A DNA stretch of 64,000 nt from assembly GCF_013213975.1 (NCBI RefSeq), contig NZ_JABSST010000002.1, positions 3,758 to 67,757 on the forward strand. The letters are read 5' to 3'. Of the stretch, positions 18,008 through 25,919 are shown in pieces; position 1 is the stretch's first letter, and each line of letters begins with the position of its first letter. The notes below the pieces were generated by a model. That model saw only the letters and a program-made list of their open reading frames with translations. It did not search any database and was not told the origin of the DNA. The translations under genes and the position numbers were made by a program. This DNA comes from Winogradskyella sp. (GTDB lineage: Bacteria; Bacteroidota; Bacteroidia; Flavobacteriales; Flavobacteriaceae).

Positions 18008-19198
18008 ATGGAAAACCTCTTAGAAGACATAGAACAATATGTCACGTCGTATTTAAACGACCACCTAGACACCTCTTTTGTGTATCATAACTTAGCCCAT
18101 ACACAACGAGTTGTATCTAAAGCCAAAGAACTCATTGAAGAAAGTGATTTAACCGAAGCAGATGCAGAGCTACTATTGATAGGTGCATGGTTTCATGACA
18201 TTGGTTTTACTGAGACAATAGAAGGTCATGAAAAACAAAGCGAAATAATTGCATCTGAGTTTTTAAAATCCCGTAAAGTTTCTGATGAAAAGATTTCCAA
18301 TATCTCTAAGATTATATTGGCGACTGAAATGAGCTATGAACCCAAGAACACCTTAGAATGTCTAATACGTGATGCTGACTGCGCTCATATCTCAAGCAAA
18401 AATTACGAAGACTATGCTGCCTTACTAAGAAAAGAATGGGAGCTTACCAAGGGTAAAAAAGTTTCAAAGACGGAGTGGTTAGAAGAGAATATTGAGTTTT
18501 TAACCAATCACAGCTTCCATTCCGATATAGCTAATAGAAAATGGCAAAAACGGAAAAGGAAAAACTTAGCCAACCTTATACAAAGTCAAAATAAAATTAA
18601 AGCAAATACTGAGAAATTAAAACAGAAGAAAGCCGAATTAAAATTTAAAAAAGAAAAATTAGACCTACCTGATCGCGGTATAGAGACCATGTTCCGAGTA
18701 GCTCTAAGAAATCACATGACTCTTAGTGATATTGCAGACACTAAAGCCAATATTTTATTATCGGTAAATGCTATAATTATTTCTGTTGCTTTATCCAACT
18801 TACTACCCAAATTAGACAACCCATCGAATACTTATTTAATTTATCCAACTTTAATATTCCTAGTATTTACAGTAGCTTCAATTGTATTATCAGTATTAGC
18901 GACAAGACCAAACGTAACTATGGGAAAATTCACTAAAGAAGATGTTGCAAACAAAAAAGTAAACCTGCTCTTTTTTGGTAATTTTCATCAAATGAAACTT
19001 GATGAATTCGAATGGGCCATGAATGAAATGATGAAAGACAAAGACTATTTATACGGCTCACTCACTAAGGATCTTTATTTCTTAGGCTTAGTATTAAACA
19101 GAAAGTATGGTCTACTTAGGCTAACTTATACAGTATTTATGGTAGGTATAGTAATAAGTGTATTAGCTTTTGGTATTTCTTTTTACTTCTCTGCATAA
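18008..19198 (+). CDS. HD-domain phosphohydrolase fused to a Pycsar-type (PycTM/DUF5706) transmembrane effector
   Basis: N-terminal YHNLAHT, AWFHDIG, GHE, RDADCAH; basic coiled linker; C-terminal IADTKANILLSVN, LLFFGNF, RKYGLLRLTY with about 3 TM helices. Confidence 0.8.
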   Translation: MENLLEDIEQYVTSYLNDHLDTSFVYHNLAHTQRVVSKAKELIEESDLTEADAELLLIGAWFHDIGFTETIEGHEKQSEIIASEFLKSRKVSDEKISNISKIILATEMSYEPKNTLECLIRDADCAHISSKNYEDYAALLRKEWELTKGKKVSKTEWLEENIEFLTNHSFHSDIANRKWQKRKRKNLANLIQSQNKIKANTEKLKQKKAELKFKKEKLDLPDRGIETMFRVALRNHMTLSDIADTKANILLSVNAIIISVALSNLLPKLDNPSNTYLIYPTLIFLVFTVASIVLSVLATRPNVTMGKFTKEDVANKKVNLLFFGNFHQMKLDEFEWAMNEMMKDKDYLYGSLTKDLYFLGLVLNRKYGLLRLTYTVFMVGIVISVLAFGISFYFSA

Positions 19199-19226
19199 TT
19201 AAAAGTACCAAGACGCTAATAACACC

Positions 19227-21602
19227 TTATGACTTAATTTCTTTCATTAAATCATCATAGGTATAAAAAGCTTTGTCGTTTTTATCTTTATGATAGAGCA
19301 CGCTTACTCTAATAGCCTTTAAGCCAGTAACTGCTTGTAAGTCCTGTAATTCCACAATTTCGACATCATCATCCAGATACTTTTTTGATTGTAAGAATCT
19401 TACATATCGTAAATACTCTAATTCGTCCTCCTTTTGAGAATAAACGATGCTAATCTTTCCTTTTTCAGTAACTCTTTCTGTAGTACCTTTTATATAAGCC
19501 TTATCAACTCGCTTTTTCACAATTTCATATCGGGCATTATACGTCCCATCAACATCAAACTGTTTTTCATCCATTCTAAAGCTAATCGTCAAAGGTTGAT
19601 TAAAAACTAAAATCATCGAAGCAACATCTAACGCAACAGGAAAATCAGATTGCATTTGGTAGTAAGCATTTTCCATCTCTACCATAACTTGCAGCTGCCA
19701 CAATCTTAAATTATAAAGGTAAATTGGATTAAAACTGTCTTCCTTAGTCAAGGATTCGCCAATATACATATTGTGCTCAACACCATCAGTTTTAAAACGC
19801 TCAAAATAATGCGGATACATCAATTGAGCTTCTACTTGTTTTTGATCTAGCAAGGAAGCCATTTCCTTATTTATTGAAGCAATAGTATTATCGTATTGTT
19901 TTCTATGGTAATACAACACATCTACAAGATCATCAATACCATTAAAATAATCATCGATACCGGATTTTAATTTTTCATTAGCATACAAATGCTTTAGAAC
20001 TGGTTCTAATTCTTCTTTAATAAATCCTGATATCTGTTGCTCACTATCGACTTGGAAATTAGATTCAAGATTCGCCAGAAATGCATTGATTTGAAAAACA
20101 TATTGCTCAAAAATTGGCAAGGCTTCATCAACAGATGCCATTTGCAAAATTGTTTTGATAGCACTTAATTGCATGGTTAAGTCTTGCTGTGTAGCCCAAT
20201 TTCTGGCCTCTGAGGATCCTTTAATATCTATTTGACCATATAAAGGATAAATATTCTCAAAAGCTATTTTATTGAAATTAGGCTCTTGACCATTCCATTC
20301 AGCTTTAATATAATTTCTTGCCTCTTGCTCAAATCTCCAATGCACGCTGGAATGAATAGAGGTACACTCTTTTTGGATAATTGCCTCTATTAAGTTTTCT
20401 TCTTCATTTTTAGAACGTTCTACAGCAGAAATAATAAAAGGCATTACATCAACTAATTTGTTAGCATTTATACTATTGAGTACCTTAGCCTCTGTTGACA
20501 CAATTTCAATCACTCCCATTAATCCTTGATCCTTCGCAATCGGGGCGAATATTGCACTTTTAAACCCTTGATCGTGAAGTACTTTTACATGGGGAGGAAC
20601 TTTACCGTCATACTTTTCAAAGATGCGATCTACATCAGATACTGAAAAATATTTATTCTCTTCTAATAACCTATTATAAGACCACTCGCATAAGGCATCA
20701 CCACAAGTCATACTCTCCTTATCATTGAGTAAAAAACTATTCATACCTACGCCGTAGACGCGCTCAAATGCCCCTTCTTCTTCATTATAAATAGAAAATC
20801 CTACTTCTAAGTTTTTAAACCCAAATAGGGAACGGAAAATATCATAAAAACCTTCTATGAAATTTGCATCCTTACGTTGATCTTCACCAATTAATGAAGA
20901 CTTGATATTAGAAATAGACTGGTCGTCCGTAACATCAAAAATATTTGATATTACAAATCCTTTAAAGTCATATGAATTAGGTGGAAACTTCTCTTTCCAG
21001 AGGTCTATATTCTCAAAATTATCTAGTAATTCTTCGTAATCAGCTTCTGTAATTTTAGGCGCATTCTTTCTTGGAATTATTTCCGTAAAATCTGCATTAT
21101 AAAGAATTTTATAATAACGCATAATACCATCAGAATCAGGTATTTCGTAAAAAAATGGACGTTTAAAATTAAGATTATAACCGTAACAGAAATTTAGGAT
21201 TAATGTACAAGCAATGATATACTTTTCATCCGTAGGCATATTTTTGACTTGCAATTCAAAATCATCGCCTGCATTTTTTAAAATAGATTTAAAACGATCT
21301 GAGGTATTGAACACTAAATCCAAAAAGGGCACATATGCCGTCTTAATCTCATTATTGGTTAAAATTGGGCTAAATGAATCTTGTAGAATACCTTCAATTT
21401 CTTTTTCATAGGTTTTAAGCAAGGTTAAATCGGTAAATCCCTCTCTCAATATTGGATTCTTTTCTGCTATTTCTAAAACACGACGTGCATTTGCAGCAAT
21501 AAAACCGTTATCTGCTTTAATCAAATTTTCATATTGATTAAGCATTTTATTAAAGCTAACTTTAATAACTAATGGTGAATCTAAATTTTCGTTAATGTTC
21601 AA
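19227..21602 (-). CDS. GAF-domain protein with a C-terminal divergent class III nucleotidyl cyclase-like domain
   Basis: GAF motif SAIFAPIAKDQGLMGVIEIVS; cyclase-like motifs FENIYPLYGQIDIKGSS, ERFKTDGV, FDVDGTYNAR, GKISIVYS. Start moved to TTG 21602 because the ORF-track TTG at 21626 lies inside a -7 box. Confidence 0.7.
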   Translation of the reverse strand: MNINENLDSPLVIKVSFNKMLNQYENLIKADNGFIAANARRVLEIAEKNPILREGFTDLTLLKTYEKEIEGILQDSFSPILTNNEIKTAYVPFLDLVFNTSDRFKSILKNAGDDFELQVKNMPTDEKYIIACTLILNFCYGYNLNFKRPFFYEIPDSDGIMRYYKILYNADFTEIIPRKNAPKITEADYEELLDNFENIDLWKEKFPPNSYDFKGFVISNIFDVTDDQSISNIKSSLIGEDQRKDANFIEGFYDIFRSLFGFKNLEVGFSIYNEEEGAFERVYGVGMNSFLLNDKESMTCGDALCEWSYNRLLEENKYFSVSDVDRIFEKYDGKVPPHVKVLHDQGFKSAIFAPIAKDQGLMGVIEIVSTEAKVLNSINANKLVDVMPFIISAVERSKNEEENLIEAIIQKECTSIHSSVHWRFEQEARNYIKAEWNGQEPNFNKIAFENIYPLYGQIDIKGSSEARNWATQQDLTMQLSAIKTILQMASVDEALPIFEQYVFQINAFLANLESNFQVDSEQQISGFIKEELEPVLKHLYANEKLKSGIDDYFNGIDDLVDVLYYHRKQYDNTIASINKEMASLLDQKQVEAQLMYPHYFERFKTDGVEHNMYIGESLTKEDSFNPIYLYNLRLWQLQVMVEMENAYYQMQSDFPVALDVASMILVFNQPLTISFRMDEKQFDVDGTYNARYEIVKKRVDKAYIKGTTERVTEKGKISIVYSQKEDELEYLRYVRFLQSKKYLDDDVEIVELQDLQAVTGLKAIRVSVLYHKDKNDKAFYTYDDLMKEIKS

Positions 21603-21622
21603 TGTTTGATAATCTGTTAAAA

Positions 21623-21637
21623 GCAAAGTTACAAATA
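21623..21637 (-). promoter_or_regulatory. Extended -7 promoter motif of the GAF/cyclase-like gene
   Basis: Minus-strand TATTTGTAACTTTGC containing a perfect TAACTTTG. Confidence 0.6.
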
Positions 21638-21714
21638 TTTAAAAAAGTCGTTTAGGGTAAGACTACCTTACATCTAGTTTGTTACAATTCTTTAGAAAGA
21701 ATATCAAAAATTAA

Positions 21715-23385
21715 CTATTGCTTTTCAAGAAGAACAATATCAAATTCAGAATTTACATTAACCTTTCCTTCTGACACGATAATCTCTTGATTTGAATACG
21801 CATCTCGCAGTACATCACCATCTTCAAAAACTTTTGAAACGTCAAGAACTTTGTCGCCTTTGTTCAATTCCAAACCGACAACGACTAAATCTTTATATTC
21901 TCCTTTTTGATAGGATCTATAAAATGTGTAAGGTGATTGCGTAATCATTTGATGCACTCCAGCTCCTATAGCAGGATGTTTTGCTCTGAATGTCCCTAAC
22001 CTTTGCCAATGCGTTAAAACGTTCTTGGTATTGTCATCGTTAGCAATAGCATCCCAATTCATGAAAGAACGTAAGGTTGCATCACCTTGTGTACCTTCAA
22101 TTACTAAAGGTCTTGCCGATTCGTCGCCATAATATACCTGAGATGTTCCAGGAGATAATAAAAGTCGGTTAGCGGATTCATAACTTTTTTCACGATTAGG
22201 ATCGAAAGGGCTACCATCGTCATGAGAACTCAAATAATTTAATGTACCAAACCCTTGCAGTGCGGTACTTAAAGTATCTGAATACCTTTTAAAGTGTTCC
22301 TCAAAAGTGACCTGTTGCGCATTCCACTTGAATTCAAAATTGATTAGACTATGAAAGCTTGGTGGATTAAAGTAATTGACTTTTCTATCACCAAACTCAT
22401 AATACTGACCACTACTAATATTGTAATTATAAACCTCACCAACCAGATAAAACGCGTTATCATCTAAAACTTTATCTGGATTATTGCTTTTGAATAAGTT
22501 AAAAGCGGTATCACACTCCTCTTTAAATTCTTGCCAAACAAACTCTTCAGTGTGTTTTACAGTGTCAACTCTGTAACCATCTACACCAAATTCTTTTATA
22601 TAATCTGTAAGCCACTTCATGATATAAAAACGCGGAGCTCTTGGATGTCCTGTACGTTCAAAAAAGGCGTCTAGTTCTTTGACCTCGCGCTCGTAGCGCC
22701 CTTCTGCTTTCCATTTTTGAACGAGTTGTGGCGGTAATTCCACTGCCTCGTTACTTTCTGTTAAAATATCTGGTAAATTCTCTACCAAAGTACAAGTTAC
22801 CGTATGCTCATAAGTATCAAAAGCACATTTTGGACTAGTCCTTACCCAACTTTCTGGCCAAACAGGATCCTTTTCTGTTACAGGACCAGTATGATTAATA
22901 ACCGCATCCAAGACCACTCTAATTCCTCTTGCATGCGCTTCATTTACCAATTCGTGAAGGTCTTCTTTTGTCCCAAAGTTAGGGTCAATTTTGGTCCAAT
23001 CTTTGGTCCAGTAGCCATGAAATCCATAAGTAAATCCTGTTCCCTCGTCTGTTCCCCCATGTATTTGTTCTACGATTGGCGTCATCCAAATGGCGTTGAT
23101 TCCTAAATCTGAAAAGTAGCCCTCTTTGATTTTTTGGGTAATTCCTTTAATATCTCCACCTTCAAAACCTCTTAACTTTCCTGTCTCTCTAGTTCTATCA
23201 AAATTGATATCATTAGAAGGATCTCCATTATTAAAACGGTCAGTTAAAAGGAAATAAAGATTAGCACCTTCCCAATCAAAATGTTGTTTTGGTGGCTCAA
23301 TTACTTCTGCTAATTCTTCTTCAGAATTCCCTTGATTACAACTTAGAGTAAGGGTTAACATCAATAATGCTATTATTTTTTTCAT
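21715..23385 (-). CDS. GH13 alpha-amylase family lipoprotein
   Basis: Lipobox TLSC; GFHGYW, DAVINH, GYRVDTVKH (nucleophile), VGEVY, SSHD. Confidence 0.9.
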   Translation of the reverse strand: MKKIIALLMLTLTLSCNQGNSEEELAEVIEPPKQHFDWEGANLYFLLTDRFNNGDPSNDINFDRTRETGKLRGFEGGDIKGITQKIKEGYFSDLGINAIWMTPIVEQIHGGTDEGTGFTYGFHGYWTKDWTKIDPNFGTKEDLHELVNEAHARGIRVVLDAVINHTGPVTEKDPVWPESWVRTSPKCAFDTYEHTVTCTLVENLPDILTESNEAVELPPQLVQKWKAEGRYEREVKELDAFFERTGHPRAPRFYIMKWLTDYIKEFGVDGYRVDTVKHTEEFVWQEFKEECDTAFNLFKSNNPDKVLDDNAFYLVGEVYNYNISSGQYYEFGDRKVNYFNPPSFHSLINFEFKWNAQQVTFEEHFKRYSDTLSTALQGFGTLNYLSSHDDGSPFDPNREKSYESANRLLLSPGTSQVYYGDESARPLVIEGTQGDATLRSFMNWDAIANDDNTKNVLTHWQRLGTFRAKHPAIGAGVHQMITQSPYTFYRSYQKGEYKDLVVVGLELNKGDKVLDVSKVFEDGDVLRDAYSNQEIIVSEGKVNVNSEFDIVLLEKQ

Positions 23386-23389
23386 ACTA

Positions 23390-25282
23390 TTACTTTATTT
23401 TCAAAATAAATGATTCTAATGGTTTTATATCAATCCTGACTTGGGCTTCTCCCTTAAGTACTTTTAAATTAGAAGTATAATTATTATAAAGCTGATCCTC
23501 AAGCACATAGTCTCCGTCTTGGAGCTTCAATTTTTCTACTAAATCTTCTGGCAGCTGAAGTTCAAACCCATATGCATTATCGGCATTAAAGTTTGAAACA
23601 ATAATGAGTTGCTCACTGTCACTCCATCTTACAAATGACAACACCTTATCATTATACCATTCTGTGTGCTGCTGATTATACAAATGGATATCCTGATAGT
23701 TTCCCATTAAAGCTTCACTTTCCAGTGTAAAATTGAGTAGACGCTTATAAAAATCTCTAAGGCTAATTTCATCTTCAGTGGACTGACCACCATCAAACTT
23801 TTTGTCATTAACCCAACGTACCAAACTTGGAACAGAACCATAATCAAAAATTGATGTTCTTGAAGGGTCACCAAACCCTAAATCTTCGGCTCCAGGTTCC
23901 CCAAATTCTTGAGCAAAATAAATCATAGTAGGCGCTGTTGTTGATGTCGCTGAAACCACCATCGCTGGTTTACCCTTAAGTGCATTGCCTGCAAAGTCCG
24001 GACTTGCAATACGCTGTTCATCATGATTCTCTAAAAAATGAAGCATGTGATGCTCTATATCACTGAGCTCATCTAAAATGGGAGGAATATTATCGGTCTT
24101 TCCATGACCTTGCATAACGTGCTTTAAGGTATCATACAATTGAACCTTATCGTACAAGTAATCCATTTTACCTTTTTTAATATAATCCCGATATAAATGT
24201 GGCTGATACACCTCTGCTAGTAGAAAAGCGTTTGGATTATTCATCTTTATATGCGAATTCATATAACTCCAAAATTCTACTGGAACCATTTCTGCCATAT
24301 CAAATCTAAATCCATCAACCCCTTTATCTGTCCAATACAAAGCAATGTCTTTAAATTTCACCCAAGAACTCGGCACCTTTTTATCTTTCCAAAACTCAAA
24401 ATGAGTTTTATAGCCCTCACTATCAAATCCTTTTGGCAATTCATCAAAATCTTTATTTCCATCAGGGTCTATACCATAATTTACCTTTACGGTTTCATAC
24501 CAGTCGTACATGTCTGGTTGCGATTTTCTTGACCCATTACCAGTCCATTTTGCTGGTACTTCCCGAAATTTACCATCAGCTAAAGGATGATGGTTTCCAC
24601 CAAGTGGCTGGTAATCATTTTTCCATTCTGGAACCTGAAAGGATTCGCCTGGATTATAATAGAAATTATTGTCTACGTGATAAGTAATGGAACTATCATC
24701 TTCTGCACCAAAATCTGTTGCGCCATGAGGATTGGTTAAACCTTCATAATTTCGAGCTACGTGGTTAGGAACTATGTCTATGATTAGTTTTAAACCTACT
24801 TTATGAGTCCGCTCAATTAAAGCTTCAAACTCCTGGAGTCTCTGATCTACATTTACAGCTAAATCAGGATTAACATTATAATAGTCTTTAACAGCATAAG
24901 GTGAACCTGCTCTACCCTTTACAATGTCAGGATCATCATTTGAAATGCCATATTTTGAATAATCTGTAATTACATCATGATGCGGAACTCCGGTATACCA
25001 AATATGTGTTACCCCTAATTCTTTAATTTCAGTCAGGGCCCTCTCAGTAAAATCATTAAATTTCCCTACTCCATTATCTTCGAGCGTTCCCCAAGATTTG
25101 TTAGTGCTATTTGTGTTTCCAAATAAACGAGTAAAAACCTGATAAACAACTTGCTTCTTTTTCATCTGTGATTCGATTTCATTTTCCGTGTTCAGTTCGG
25201 CTTCAGTAGTTTTCTTTTCATTACTACAAGCAACTACAAATAAAATAATGGTGATCCAAGCACTATATTTTAGTGATTTCAT
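23390..25282 (-). CDS. GH13 alpha-amylase family lipoprotein
   Basis: Lipobox VVAC; GSPYAVKDYY, DIVPNH, GFRFDMAE, LAEVY, ENHDE. Confidence 0.9.
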   Translation of the reverse strand: MKSLKYSAWITIILFVVACSNEKKTTEAELNTENEIESQMKKKQVVYQVFTRLFGNTNSTNKSWGTLEDNGVGKFNDFTERALTEIKELGVTHIWYTGVPHHDVITDYSKYGISNDDPDIVKGRAGSPYAVKDYYNVNPDLAVNVDQRLQEFEALIERTHKVGLKLIIDIVPNHVARNYEGLTNPHGATDFGAEDDSSITYHVDNNFYYNPGESFQVPEWKNDYQPLGGNHHPLADGKFREVPAKWTGNGSRKSQPDMYDWYETVKVNYGIDPDGNKDFDELPKGFDSEGYKTHFEFWKDKKVPSSWVKFKDIALYWTDKGVDGFRFDMAEMVPVEFWSYMNSHIKMNNPNAFLLAEVYQPHLYRDYIKKGKMDYLYDKVQLYDTLKHVMQGHGKTDNIPPILDELSDIEHHMLHFLENHDEQRIASPDFAGNALKGKPAMVVSATSTTAPTMIYFAQEFGEPGAEDLGFGDPSRTSIFDYGSVPSLVRWVNDKKFDGGQSTEDEISLRDFYKRLLNFTLESEALMGNYQDIHLYNQQHTEWYNDKVLSFVRWSDSEQLIIVSNFNADNAYGFELQLPEDLVEKLKLQDGDYVLEDQLYNNYTSNLKVLKGEAQVRIDIKPLESFILKIK

Positions 25283-25306
25283 TATAATTCTATATGGCTA
25301 AACATT

Positions 25307-25888
25307 TTATTTATAACTAACACCTTTAGATGGTTTAGCACTTTTCACAATTTTATAAACGAAGTAAAGCATTAATAAGGCGCCAATTACCCATACACCT
25401 GTAGGGCCAATTGCCTCAGTAATATCAATCAAGATTTTCTTTAATCCTTTTCGTCTTCCATAGGCTTCTGCATGACCTCCATTTTGTGCATCGACTGCAA
25501 TACCATATAATGTCCAAAAAAGAAACGCTACAAAAAGAGCAATAATTCCATTAATAATCACTCCATTCTTGGCTGATTGAGTGCGCTCACCTTTTGAAAA
25601 ATTTTTCACCTCAGCAATAGATTCTAATAACGATTCCATGGTGGTGGTATCTTGTAATAACACTGGTTCTCGTTTAGTTTTACCATTTACATCATATTCA
25701 ATGAAGAAATACCCATTTGGATTTATATAAAATAACTCCTTTACGCTGCTCATAGGAACAATTTTTCTTTTAGCATCTGCCTGCAAACTTTCAATAGACT
25801 CATGCTCATTTCGACTAATTAGTATTTGATCATCAGTAAAGGCTAATACTTTGTCTAATGAGCCTAATGGTATTATTTTATTCTTCAT
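25307..25888 (-). CDS. Hypothetical membrane protein (soluble N-domain + 2 TM) inside the PUL
   Basis: 193-aa ORF co-oriented with its neighbours; two hydrophobic segments; no CAZyme motif. Confidence 0.6.
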   Translation of the reverse strand: MKNKIIPLGSLDKVLAFTDDQILISRNEHESIESLQADAKRKIVPMSSVKELFYINPNGYFFIEYDVNGKTKREPVLLQDTTTMESLLESIAEVKNFSKGERTQSAKNGVIINGIIALFVAFLFWTLYGIAVDAQNGGHAEAYGRRKGLKKILIDITEAIGPTGVWVIGALLMLYFVYKIVKSAKPSKGVSYK

Positions 25889-25919
25889 ATCATGTTAGAT
25901 TTAATTGGTTTAAACTGTT

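Noticed and set aside
18008-21602. Calling this a canonical Pycsar or CBASS operon
   Set aside because: The genes are convergent rather than operonic, the cyclase-like protein is GAF-fused and highly divergent, no CD-NTase is present, and anti-phage function is not shown. Reported as a candidate new system instead.
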